A DNA stretch of 64,000 bases. Source: Trichoplax sp. H2. Lineage: Eukaryota. The stretch spans positions 62,001-126,000 of the forward strand of contig NOWV01000012.1 of assembly GCA_003344405.1 (NCBI GenBank), given 5' to 3'. The position numbers and the translations under genes were made by a program. Below the pieces are notes generated by a model that saw only the letters and a program-made list of their open reading frames with translations, did no database searches and had not been told where the DNA came from. Every line of letters starts with the position of its first letter. The stretch's first letter is position 1. This document shows, piece by piece, positions 13,243 through 28,200 of this stretch.

Positions 13243-16200
13243 TTAATTATGACCAATGATTAAAATCACTTTTAACTGTATATGACAATGTTTCATTACC
13301 ATTTCAAAATAGCTAAGATACGTATATATTTGTAAAGCTAATAGCAATGCCCTAAGATTTCAAATGACATCTTAGACAAAGAAGTTAAATATTTCATATT
13401 ATATATGGGTTTTGGTGATATTGTAGTGATGGAACATTACATGGTACTATAATCTTACCAATTTCTGATCAGCAATCTATAGCAATCAAGAACATTAGGG
13501 CTAGGGTTGTTATCATATTGTATAATTAACTAATACTTAACGTACACAAATAAATACAGCATCTAAATTCTAGGCCTGCTTGACACTATCTAACTCATTC
13601 ACTCACTCACTCAGCCACTGTTATGCGTGTTCATGATTAAGAGTTGAGATCTAATCATGAGTAGGTATAAGTTGGTGACAGTAAGCCTCTTAGTCATCAA
13701 AAACTATGTAAATATATTTTTTGCTTTAATAATAACGAAAACATTTACAAGACTGAGATAAGATTTTAAATTTTAAATCTAACAAATATTAAAACAATTC
13801 ATAACTATTATCGTTAATCATTATCACTGGATGTGACTTAGTAAATTTTAACAGCAGACAACCCCATTTTATCAAAGTAGAATCTATAGTTATTATTACC
13901 TGCAAAAGAAATAGATGCTGAAAATTTTATTGCTTGGTTATATCCATGTTTCCTAATAGGTATTCCATTCATGCAGAATAAAAAGCATTGATCTGTTCGT
14001 AATATAAATAAAGGAAAACGAATCATTCTGGAAAATTTAATAGTTATAATGTCAATTCCAGTCATGATTATTATGTTATAATATGTATACAGTATGTGAA
14101 GTTATAGAATAGCGATAAAACTACCAATAGTATAATGGAAACTTGATTTCAATCCTAAATACTGTTCTTACCTTCAACACAAACTAAAACTGTGCTGTTA
14201 TTAAACTGGTATAAGCATGAACAATCCAACATGCGATCTAGAATGCATAAATTGCATATCGTGAAATATCAGAAATTCAATTAATAGATAATGGTCATAC
14301 ATAACTGATATTATATTTTTAGCGACTTTAGATAGCGGGCTAGCAAAATAATAGATTAAAGATAAAGTTTAAGGTTAGAGTTGAATTCTCAGTAAGTTAT
14401 ACATTTATAAACCTACTGAAGTTCACGTAGTTTTCGTTATCTGGCCAAGCTGAAAACTGGCGATTTAAATCAATAGTAATAAAGTCGACGCTTGAACTAT
14501 TTGGTCTAAGTATAATAAATAATCATTTATAATAAATACAGGAAATCTTTAGCGGAAAGTTCTATTATAGTTATGCCGTATTTACGTTAACTGAAGATAC
14601 AAATAGTAAATAATTAGCTAACATTTGATTGACTCCAACGCATAGAAAAGGATAATCTTCTGTTCTTGTGTAAAATATTTCCATAATATTGCTGCTGACA
14701 ACTGGTTGATACTTGAATATCTAAAGGATTAATATAACCCAATTGCATAGGAATATTAATTTATTCTTTAGATGCTGCATTACAAAATACATTTACAATG
14801 AAAATTAAAAATACAGTAAAGAAATCTGCTATAATTTAAAATGATAAATTACGGCAATATGTAACCTTAACTTGTACAAATTTGCTTTCTTTGAGGACAT
14901 ATTTCATGATTAATATTGAATCCGACAACTGAGCACATAGGAAACACCGTTGATTATCATATGGATCAGCGCCTAATTATATAGAAAGTCTTAATTTTAT
15001 TTGCCATAAATACTATTTAATGGGAACTAACGGCAAATAATTTTAACCATCCCGTGATATTAGTGTATAAATTTAAAGGTAAGAAGCTATAGCCAATTGA
15101 TATAGTATTATGGACATAGATCTGCAATGCTTAAGTGAGAATGGATTTAAAACAATTTATACGGCATCATAGGTGGAGTATTTGATATTATAGTCTACAA
15201 TGGTACTGGCTATATGCATTTACTGGCATATAGCTAGAGTTAATACTTTATGACATATCAGAGAATATATAAATATAAAATATAAGTGAGAGGATAATAA
15301 TACTTACGAATAGTACATCTTTGACACGAAGGAAGCATAGAAATTAGAGCGTCACCAATTGGGTATCTGCTAATTGATATTATAGAAATAGCATATAATA
15401 GTTTGTTCTACAAATTTTTGACAGGAGTATGAGGCTAAAATCTATTAAAACAACATAAGATACATTTGCAACCTGTTGCCTATCCTGTTGCTCCTTGTGA
15501 TGGATTTATTTAATCTTGGGAAGAAAGGGCGCGTCAATTTTTTGATATCATAGAAACACAGCGTAGATAGATCATGACCTTGATCTATGAAGATATTGTA
15601 ATTAAATAAACTGAAGGTAGTTAATTTGTTTTATATTACATCTAATAAGATTATAGAGATACTCTCAGATAACATTGGTCAATCTAAGAAATATCAACAT
15701 AACGTAAAATAGAGTAAACTCTTAAAAAAAATTTTCTTGGGCAGATTCTAGAAGACTACTGTATCGGAACAAATATTTTAGCAAACAATATATTATGATA
15801 GCATAAAAGACTACTATCAATGCTAATTATAAATATCTGATAGCAGCAGCTGTTTAAAAGTAAAAGATCTCTAACATAGCTATAGCATTCTTATAGAGTA
15901 TAGGTTATAATCAACTAAGCAATGAGTAAAAAAGCTTATCTAACATACCCGTGATAGCTACCAAGATATCGGTGTGAATATCAATCCAAGACGTTCTTCC
16001 TTTAGTAATTTCATAATAGCATTGCTGCAATATAGGTATGATGTAAAAAATCAAGCGCAGCCTGATTAATTATCTGTCATCACTTAAAATTAGCATGACT
16101 AGAGTATTGTCTTACCGATTTATTATCAGCATTGGATATTAGGATACCAGTTTCTGTACCCAGTATAATGAATTTTTCTAATATGAAAACAGAAATTTAA

Positions 16201-19200
16201 AGACTAGAAGATTAACCAGAAATGATTGAAGATAGATTCAAATTCAACAACGATACCTAAATGTCGCAATAACTGAAAACGTACCATTATTCTTCGATTG
16301 CCATATTGCTGCTTTATGAATACGCTTTACGGTATCGAAAGGTAATGACGCTGTTATGGTACATTTATAGGACAAATACTGCATTGTAAATATAAAATTA
16401 GGTAATTGATAAGATAGCAGATGAATTTACTATTATTAATTGTGCTACCTTGCACATAAATCTGTATAAATGAAATAAAATACCTTAAATGTTCCCTCTA
16501 ATACTTGAAATCGTTGATCTGATTGCTGACGATTACTATCGGTGGAAGCATCAGAGATATTTTTTCGTTCTCGTCGTATTAAGAAAGAGTAGGCATGCTG
16601 TAGATTTGAACCAAGTCGAGCAAATTGCCTAATTTTCAATCATACAAAATTCAACTTTGAGCTTTGGTAATTGAATAAATTGTTAATAGAAGTGCATTTT
16701 TACACGTTAACCCGTTACCTGTGAGCTAGTAACATATCAGATTTATTCTTTATCTTTTCATGATCTTTAACACGCTGGCTATTATCGGTGGGAGAAACAA
16801 GTTTTGCATGTTTCTCTGTAGATCGTCTAAAATATAACCATAAAAATTTCTTTCTCTAATATCAAAGTTTGATCTATCTTTGTAAAACAACGCTGTTCTA
16901 TGGTCATACCTGCGAGTTTTTGTTACGTCTAACTTATTCGTCATCTTTTGATCGTTGTGAATATAGTGGTTATTAGAAGAAATACATCCTGATGACTTCG
17001 CCACCTTAAATTTATCCAGATGAGATAGACGATATGATGATTGTAATTCCTTATCGTCGTTTTCCTTAGTATGGTCAGTACTGAGACATGATGCGGATGC
17101 TAATGATCCAGCCTCTTTTAATTTAATAAGCTTATCTTCCATTTGCTCCTGAGCAATTGTATCAGAGGGGAATACTATAACTGGACAAGCACGATTACTT
17201 AAATAAGGTGAAGGCTCCACTGATTTCCTTGTTAATGGTTTTTCTAAGGATAAATTTTGGCTGCAACTAAGTATACACGCAGCAATCTTGTTTTGGTCAC
17301 TATCATTTATATTAGGAGAAGATTGTAATAAATCCATTCTAGCTGGATTCACTTCTTCACTTTTAATTAGCATATACTCCATATGCTGGTATTCGGATAT
17401 TGTTGAACTTTTCTTATCTTGACGGACAGGTGGTCGAGGTAGAAGAACTGGTGGTCTTTTTCTTGCCTTTCTTTCTTTTGAAACTTCCTTTCCATCGTTA
17501 GCTGTAGATGTATCTTTTTTGTCTTGGAGAACTGGCCTACGAGGAGTAGGTATTGGTGGCTTTCCTTTTTTAAATTTGTCTGATAATTTCTTTGTACACT
17601 GCTGACTTGTTGAAGGTTTGACTGTATTAACATTTACATAACGAGCTTGCATAGATAGTCTGCTTTCCATAGATTTATTCGAAATTGCCCTATCTCTCGC
17701 TTGTGTACCCGTATCCTCGGCCTCTGCTGTAACAATTTTAATTGTCTTTCGATTAGATTTCAATAGTTCTAAGCTATTTTTACGTTCATTATATCTCACA
17801 AAACTCCTGCTCACGAATCATTATTAACTTACTACAAGCATCTCCTTTCCTATCATGATCAGCAATTGTAAGTAATAAGGAATCGCTACCCTTCTTACCT
17901 ATAACAACCAGAAAGCAAAGTAACTTTATATGATATGTAATTTTAAACTTTCACAATAATTAATCATTTATTAAGATACCGATCAGCGATAAGCCAACAA
18001 CTACAGTATCTTTACTAAGGCGTTTTGATTAATTTTATACTTATTAATTGCATATATCATTACATAATGATATAGTGATCACCCTAGAAAATATTTATCA
18101 GCTATAGAAAAATTATTTAGTAAGACTGGTGTCTTACCTATTACATCAGGGTAGATATTGGAAGACGGTATGCTTTGTGATATTTCTCTTGCTAAAGATA
18201 GAGCTGTATTCTGGGTATTTTGCTCTTTAAGGGAATCTATCATACCCGTAAATTAATATCTCTTACTAGAATTAAATATAGTAATTAAAAGCAATTTTAA
18301 GATTAATCAATCTTACATGAATTGATATCGTCGATATTCCACTTTTGACCGCTTGCAATAGCTTCAATAGGATTGCTTTCACTGCTGCTATGATTCACTG
18401 ACACGGTAGATTGAAGGGATTGTGCTGTTTCTGAGGAGTTGCCCATGCCACCATGCCAATCCTCTTCCGCAGGGATTATGTGTAAATTATGGGGATGAGC
18501 GGGTAAGATCGAGGTCTCCATTGGGTGTTTGCACTCTTTCATTATACTTGTATTCCTTGAAGAGCGAGATTTATTGGAAATAGCAGCAGCTCTACTCCTG
18601 GAAACGTGTATGCTGGGATGACATGGTTTCGTCAAAGGCCATATATTAATTTCTTGTGATACATCTTCGACGGAAGATTGACCTAAAGGAACATTATCTA
18701 CGTTATGCCTATAAGCACACAATTTTGGTGAACGTGGAGGTACAAGTGGTCTGTTTGCAGTTTTTGTTGATTTCTTAACTGCATCTTCCAAATGTTGCTG
18801 ATCTGATAAGGCTAAATCCACATTGCCATAAGATGGATGTGATAATGGTAAACACGAAAGTACTGGCGGCCTGTTTCTTGCTCCGCTCGGCTTCTCAACT
18901 ACGTTCCCTAGCCATCGCTGATCTAATGAAGACACTATATTCCTTTCCCGTAGTATGCTGTTCGTCAAAGCTTGATTTGACGAAGCTACTCCTCTATTCC
19001 TTTGAATAGGATGTAACATCGACGAACATGTAGGTATTGATGGCTTATTTTTTGTTTTATTCCGTTTAATTTCTATCTGTTGGCGAGCTGGAGAATGCAA
19101 AGTATCCATTTCCAGTAAAGTATTATTAGGGATACAAGATTGCTCCGATAAAGGTGCTCTAGCATTAGTTGGAGTCGGAAGTGTTTTCGGTGAACTTGGA

Positions 19201-22200
19201 GATATTGATGGCCTTTTTCTTCTGTCACGCAATTTTTTAGCTGAATCTTGCGTCTGCGGCGAATTTTTCTGACTTTCCGTCATAATACCTAGCGTTGCGG
19301 AAGACTCTGGCTTATTCAAGCCGTAGTCGTAAAACTTTAACGGACGAGGTGGTTTTAGAAGCAATTCTTGCGATATTTTATACTTTTTAGTAGTGATACT
19401 GGAGGATCGATCTGCTAGTCGCGATGTTTCCATCTTGAAATGGTCTGGTAAATTTGTTATGTTAGATTGCTCATTTGCATTATTCGACGAGAGATTGTCT
19501 TGAATCGTCGAAGCTACGTTAGCTCGATCTCTTTGGTTAGGCATCGTTGTTATCTTCGATTGCTTGTTAATATTTGATGAAATATCATCTTTAATCGTCG
19601 ATACTATATGAGAACGATTGCTATAAGAAGATGGCGTTGAGCTAACAACTCCTACTTGTCTTGGTTTACTCTCTTCAGCAGTATCAGTGATACTACCTAG
19701 CGCAGGACTGGTCCTGTTATAACTATTATCTCCATAATCGTCACAACTGATTTGAGTAGGCGATGAGCAGACTACTTTTATTTGATTTGATTTATCCGAA
19801 AGAATGCCTGATATACTTCTGCGAACCTCATGCTTAGAGGAATGCGACTGAAGAGTTAATTTTGATTCCAAAGATTTATTTAATACACTGTTAACTTGAC
19901 GATCAGTAGGAATAGGAGGTAATGGCCTATTTTTCATTCTACACTTAATTCTTTCATCCTTTATCCGATTATTCTCAGCATCAGGTGCTATTTCATAAAA
20001 TCTTTCTTCAATTATAGAGATTGTTGAGTCCTTTTGCATAACTGCATCAACTTCTTCCATTGAATCGATTTCAGGATATTCGTGATATTTCTAAAATAAA
20101 GGGACAAAAATTGACAATTTCTTTTATAAATTATTCCTTTTACCAGCAACACAATCAAAACAACAGCACAATAATTTAAAAAGTTGAAGATGAATTTGCC
20201 AAAATTCCTATCAACGAATACACTAGGTTTACAAGGATAACAGTCGTGATCGGAGATCTATAAAAACTGAAATATCTTCAGATAGTTAAAGTGACTTTTA
20301 CAGTCAATCAACACAACTTATCAACCGTAAATTTAATGCAATACTTTAAAATGGCGATGAATTAACAATTGCAATATGCAGACTCTTGATATTGCTGTGA
20401 CTGAATCAAATATGTATGAGTATAGACTAATTCATCCTTAACCGATTGTTATGATGAATTATTATCACCCGCTGCAAAATTATAACATTGCCATGACTAT
20501 TAGATAGATGAAGATATCTTATATCTTTAAAGATTGTGGTAATGAACCGTCATCTGTAGTCGAATCATGATATTGCAAAGTCGAAATAGGAAAATTGGCC
20601 AGAGAATATACATTTGCACATACAACATATTTATGACGTATATCTTGTACTGATATTAATTTAACATGTTCGCATCAAAATATACCTATATCTATAGTAG
20701 TGTACCTTATATAGCATGGAAATCGTTCTGTGAGAGTATAGAGAATGTCAAACAAAAATTTATCTTACAGATCCGTGGATTATTAACTTATAGCTGTTTT
20801 ATCAGTATGAAGTATACAAGTTACGAGCTAATAGTAAACCTGCTGGCTACCTTAGTATTACTATGTTATTACTGAAATATAGCAAATACCCAAAGGGTAA
20901 CTCTATAACATGCAGCCAGTATCATTCTAAGTAGCCCTTCGCAGCTAGCTTAGTTTAGCTCGTGAGCATCTCAAAATGGGTCACATATAACTTATCTCAG
21001 TAACATAGTAACTATAGTATTTTAGCATCATAGCAATTTATTCACTCATTAATGAGATCTAGCCGACCTATGATTTACGAATTAGCAAATAAACGGGCCT
21101 ATCCGGTTAATAGTACCAGACACCATTCGGACCACCAGCGATATCCTAACCCTAACTTGACTACTTTAGAGTGATGATATATTAATTCAAATTGCCAAAT
21201 GAATTGTCAGCTTATTATAACGTTTTTTTCAGTATGAATTAACTTTAATAATAAAATCGGGGCCCCATTTTAGCGCTGCGTGATAGCGGTATTTATATTC
21301 GGTATTCACGGTATTGGTTAATGCTATCTAATATACTTACATTATACTGTGCGCATTGAAGGTTGCGATAATACGCATCGTAAAATAGAAAATTTGTAAA
21401 TATTATTTTTAGTTTGCCATGAATTACTAAATTGACATTAGTATGAAATACTATAATCATTGCACCAGACCTTTACTGCATACTTGCGTTAGTAAGATCT
21501 CGCCTGTGGGCTATGTACGATAGTACAAAACGTACTGTGGTTATTATACAACTACAGAAACTACATCGAACGCTGAGCGTGAATATGACCAAAGCATTTA
21601 CGTACTAGTACAGTGTAAAGTTGTATTCTGTGCAAATATGTCATCAATGAGTGCACTCTATCAATCAATGTTATATTCTAATATTGCGTAAAATACTCGA
21701 TTATCCAAATTGATCTTAACAAGTTGTTGGTAAACAATATACATTTTATGTAGGAAACTATTTATCTCATCTAATTGATTCTAACAATCATTTACTTGAT
21801 CGTAACAATAATATTACCATAATTTTCCATTTCTCCATTAAATCTTTCATTAATTGTTTGGATAAGGATCGTTGAAATAATGAAGCCTAGCAAATAAGAA
21901 ATGTTAAAGCAAGCAATACTTCCATTGGCATGGACTTCTTATATTTATCTTATCAAACCTTTAACAACGATGTCGCTGATAGCCGTCTTTTGTAATTCCT
22001 TTGGAAGCAAGAATCAAGGAATGTATGGAAACATTGAGTCCTAATTTTATCATTCATTGAAAAGGTTAATCATCAATTAATACGAAATTTATATTTTCTT
22101 TACTTTTATAAATCATATATTACTATTGATCTTTTGTTAAACGAAAAAATCATTTTTAAATCTAATTATGCAACATCCTATTCAGGAAAAAATAAAAATT

Positions 22201-25200
22201 TGGGGTCCAACCATTTTTTCTCATCTTTCAATTTTAGAACGTTCATATCTGATTCCTTACAAATACGAGATGACTCTCTAGAATAATAATTGTATATAAA
22301 ACTATGTCAAATACAAAATACTGTCAAGGTACTATTCACCATTTCATTTATTTTTAATGGATGATAATCATTGCCTATGTTTCACAATACTCTCTACATC
22401 TATCTCCAATGCAGGCGGGGTTCCTTTGGTCATTTCAAGAGCAGTAATACCAACGGCCCAAATATCAATCTTGTTACAAAGTAAGAAGTAAAATTTAACT
22501 TGGCCTTCGAAGAAGTCTTTCTAAACTTAAACTAGTTTATTGTCTGTAGTTCGCATAGCATCGCTAGTAGACGACAGAAAAATAGTTTACTATAAACTTG
22601 GAACTATCCGATATTTGGTTCGAAATTCATTTCACTTCCTTCTCAATCATAATATCTAAACCGCTTACTCGATGATCATAATCACGCATTTCGTCCGGGT
22701 CAAACATTTCAGGAGCCATCCTAAAATTTTAGGATAAACGTCAGACGAAACATTTAGTAGTATTATTACACGCGGCTATATTTTTAAATAAAATGTTACA
22801 ATCGATATTGATATTACCGCATACTGGTTTTGGTTCATTTTATTTAGATCATTAAAATAATAATTAGGAAAAAATCTGGTCGTTCTTGTTATTTATCAAG
22901 TCTATTCTGGATTATGTAATTCTATCAACTAGAGTATACTGTAGATAGCTACTGTAATCCAAGCAAGGTTTTAGGAGTATCACAACAGCAGTTTTGACTC
23001 CAAACCTATTAAATTTCCATAAAATAACGATAATATCTATGGTTATTATCAATGTTGTTAGTATTGTAATCAGGAATTCTCGCGACCTATTAACATATAC
23101 AATATAAGGATTACTATAAGCCAAGTATTAGCATTAGCGGCTATACAGTGTAGGAAGATTGTTATTTATAAACTTCTAAATCTTAGCAAGAGTGTATAAA
23201 CTACAAAATCTTTTAAATTCAACTTAAGTAGAGTATGAAAATAGTAGCTATCTTAAATAGTGTGGTTTATATTTGTGCCAAATATCAATAGCATTCACAG
23301 CCATATTATAATCTTTGCATAGCGAGACTGCAATCTTCCCAGTCTATTGGAATACGTACACAGTATGAATAGCCATAACCTGAACAACATACTACTGAAA
23401 CTAATAACTGTTTAAAATGATACAGTTCAGCTTTTGAATTTCTAGATATCAACAGGAGCTTATGTACTACAAGCCGCTATAAGCTAATCCCAAATAAAAT
23501 AAATAATGGCCAAATTATTACTCTTATTCGTGTTACCATTCTTTTAAAATTCTTCGATTTAAAATTGAAGTAAAATACCAATAACGTATATATCTATATC
23601 TATATCGATGATATTATAATTTCTTGGACTCTTACTTTAAGTATACAGCCAGGAGGCTTTTTAATTATTGCAAAACTATTCATAGCTCAAGCAAACTACG
23701 ATAAGAAAATCTAATATTACAGAAACCTATCAGCTGTCAGCCAGATTGTGTAGAAATTCCCTACTATTAACGAAACACCGTATTTAGTTTATGTTCATGG
23801 ATATGTTAGTAAATTAAACTCTAAGTCTTTCCAGGATTTCGAAGCGCATAAACTATCCCAACTTAAGTATAATCATACAATAATAGCAATAAAGATCTTA
23901 TAAACGTAGCTTAATAACTATCTTTAAATTTTAACAAGCTTAAGTAAATATCTAAGGCCGCTTTAGCTTGATCAATCAATAAGTTTATGTCAATAGTATT
24001 ACTAATACTAACGAATTTTAGGAATTATAACTTGGGATATTTGCTAACTGAATTATCAATATGATTTTATAGGATATTGGACTTCTAAACGCCTACCAGT
24101 AAATATAGTGTGATTTTAATTCAATCAATCACTAAGTTAACATTACTGGCTATAATAAAAATTCTTTCGTATTTTTTCGGATTTCTGCTGTACATTAATT
24201 TGTACAAAACTTTGGTAACTTAACAGCAATACTACAATAATAGCGACAATGATCATAACAACATATTTCTACTTTAATTTTTAAACTTTTAGATACGTAA
24301 AGGAGTTCACAAACTCACCGAAGGTAAATACTAGTTTTATATTAATATTAGGGTAATACGTATGAATGAAATTCCACTGCAGGAAACTTTTAAATTACTA
24401 GAATAAATAAACTACCGTAGACCGAAGCCAATGTTAGTAATGTTCACGAACAAGCCTATGATTGGTAGCGATGAAATTGTGGTTTTGGACTTATATTTTA
24501 GTATTCGAGTGCATAAAACTGCTATAATCCGAGCTAGATACTAATCATAGCACATAAGGGTTTCTGTTAACGTAATTCTCTTGCATTTCTTAAATTTTAT
24601 CTTTCTACTATAGTATAATAACTGTTATAGCATAAAAAACACAGTAGTTAAAGAATATAACACTATTAACATAATTAAGCTTAATAATTAAATTTCACTA
24701 GCAGAGTTTGTAATTATTAGAGAATGTTATTGTAAGTCAACTTTTTTCAGTCTAAGGTCATGAATTTAATGATATTTAATTATTTTTAATGACTAAAACT
24801 TGATTGATAGCTTATAATTTGCTTACAGTTATGACTAATACTTTTGCATTTGCTGCCCTAAACTCGAGACTATTTAATTAAACTTAATAATTAAGCATTC
24901 CTTAAATACTAAATATTTTTAATCACTAGTAACATTTCATGGTATATCAACTTCCTAGTCTAGTTTAGCAAGTATAATGACATTTAACGGAACTTAATGA
25001 CTAAACTGTACTTAAATAATGTGTGATAATTATTATTCACTCTTAAGATTGTACCTTTCCACTCTAGATTACGGTAGGATTCAACATTGTACGGGATAAA
25101 TTTTAATAAGTTACTAAGGTTATATGTTATAATCCAATATGAGATAAAAGTCAACCGACGGGAATACTTTATGGAAGGTAATTCAGTGATAATCAATTAT

Positions 25201-28200
25201 AGGAATGATTCGTTTTTCTACTGCCTTTAGGTATTAAGATTCTTATAGTATAAATTATATTCTTACCAACATGAGGAACCAACGTAGCTACTTCGCTTCC
25301 TAGAATTAAGACTCAATCTCTTTGACAATCCAAAATCCGCTAAATAAATTTCGGTCATGACAAGAAAATTAAATGAAATATATATGCTAAAATTCAATAT
25401 GTTCCAGTAGCTTACCCAATTTTATACCGCCATCTCCGGTAATCAAAATATTTGCCGTCTATATAAAATTTATAAGAATTTCAGTTACTACTTTCAGCTA
25501 TACTGACTAGCTACCTCAACATCCATTTCAAGCGATAAAACGTAGATAAGTAGGAAAAGTAATTTTACCTTGATATCTCGGTGTATGATATTGTTATTAT
25601 GAAGAAATTCCAATCCCTACAGAACAGAATTAAAAGGAATAGCTCATACTTTAATATTGCTAAGATTGCGTAGCTATTAAATGTGCTATCTTAGATTTGC
25701 AAACAAACGATATTAAATTACCAATAAGACTTCACGACAAACGAAGGCTATTACATCTTCTTCAAAACCTCTCAAGCCTGATTTGAAGAATATCGATATT
25801 AGAACCTCTCAGGTTCACAAAAGACCTTTTTAAAAATCCAGATACCTAACACAAGTGATACTAATGTATTACGTAAAATAAGAGACGAAATGACAATATT
25901 TCATGTCCATTTCGAGACTAGTTGTTTTTGTTAGCGCCAGATGCATGCAAGTAGTTTACCAGATCTACTACAAGAGCGACCGAATTTGTTGCTTGTATTG
26001 GTATCATAAATAAAATAATTCACTAATCAGACGATTAATAATGTGGCTTTCATTACTATTGCTCGCAAGTTCATCACATAATAAACAGTCATTATAACAT
26101 CCTCACTATTGGAATCAACGTAACATAAGTTCCTAGATATAGCGAGAAATTTTATGCTAGACATTATACCACACTTCGGTAGATAAGACTTTAAAATAGC
26201 CCAAACAGAGAGGATCTTCTTAGTAAGTACAAACTCACTATTTTTCCATATATCAATAATCATTTACTATGATAGGCGATTATCGCTTTCTTAATAGCTA
26301 CTAAATTTGCTGCAAATCCCGTCTCGGATACTCCTACATTTATCACTAGATCTACCTCCTTTACACTAATCTATACTATGTGACCTAACAGTAAGCAATC
26401 TAAACTTCATAAAGAGTTAACATATTCTGCTAGCTTATATCTACTACAAATAAACTGCTATTCGTAATTATACCGTCTTTTATGTTCGATGACTAACATT
26501 GTGCATCTTTTATCATTATCGCTAACAGTAAGTATTTTTGCTCGTCGATCACCTATAACTACAGTACTTTTTTCCTATTGGGGATACCATAGCCTCCTGC
26601 TACTATACGTGATTAATAGTTTATGATATATCTATTACGTAGCCTTTCTATAGGAAAGAACTTCCATGTAAAATATAGCAAAGATGATTTCAGTAAGCGA
26701 ATTGTTCATATATTTACTATATTACATGACTAAATGTTATGGCTTCCATCATCGTTAGCAAGAGTAAGTATACTATCGAATAATTCTGCATATCTACTAT
26801 CTTCCTTCTATGAGCTACTTGATGTTATTGCAGATAAAATCTGTGATTTTCCAGCGAGAAGAAAATTTTCTAACTTGGCCACAATATAATTCCTAATAAT
26901 ATCAATATGAGACAAAGTGATAATTTATCTCACATAGCTACTACCTTTCCTACTAGAGTTACTGTACTTCACCGGATGCGATCAAAATTAAGGTGATATG
27001 GCATAAATTCTATATCACCCTGAGATATTCTGATTAGTTACCTCTACTACGACCAGGCTTATTGCTTGCATATATAAGTTTATATATATGTAAGTTATAT
27101 TACTCTAATAATTAATAGTTGGTGAGGTAACGTAACAACTAAATTATCATAAATATCTACTAGGTTCCATATCAAGATTATTGCACCATACATATCACTT
27201 TAGTTAGTAACACAATTGTGATACCAGAAAGAATCTCACGTAACTACAATAAGGAAAACGTTCTTAGTTTGCAAATCGTCGAATTTCATATAGCCTACGA
27301 AGTTAGATGTTTAGTGTTGTAGCTTGCTTATATCGGCACTAAATACGGATCTCGCTTATCTTGAACGGCTACTACGGTGCTTTTATTAAAAGATACGCGT
27401 ATGGCTAAAACTAAATGATTTAAATTTCATAAAAGCAGATTACTGAGTAAACTTGAATAGTTGCCATCTTCTCTAGCGATAAACTTCTATAGCCTAACGG
27501 TTATAGCGATTAGTAGTACGAATAAGATACTAGAGTACCTTCTGCTCGGTTTAGTAAGACATTAAAGTAGATACAGAAAGTCCATATTTGTACCATGTTG
27601 AAATTATAATATTGTAGTTTCTATAATGAAAATTACGGGTAATGCCTTTATAATTGCAGCTTAAATAGCTGTACTGTATACTACTCGATGTGATCAGTAA
27701 GCAGTAAGCCATACGATACGACATAAAGTATCATTAAGTAATATTTTATGCCATATCAAAACTGTTCACTGTAGTTTCTACTATTTTAACTAACATGAAC
27801 GATATCATAAACTCTCTCTGACAACTATCACTACATACTAATCGATATAATCAAAATAATACTACTAATGTAAATATTGAAAAGCCTAGGTGTAAAACCA
27901 AACATTAAAGTAGAACTTTGTGGTGAAATTTTTCTTACCAGTATATACAGTTTTTTAGGTATAATGCGTTAGACAATGAATTCCACAATTTTCATTAGAT
28001 TTGATATACAAAATAAGATATGATACGAGTGTTATAACCCAGAAGCAAACGGCAAGACAATAAGGTAATCAAAGCTAGATCGATTTCAATCGTAAATTAG
28101 CTTAAATAAGAGAACTACCACAGTTATGGATTGATCATAGTTAGTTACCAATACAGATATTCCATAGCAATCAATTAACCAATTTACACACGTAGACTCA

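Noticed and set aside
16750-20060. Two stand-alone orphan genes (354 aa and 585 aa)
   Set aside because: Both have phase-compatible splice sites placing them inside the MAP4K gene. Their ORF ends run into introns.
21146-21157. Telomere or interstitial telomeric array
   Set aside because: Only about two CCCTAA units, inside a dispersed repeat.
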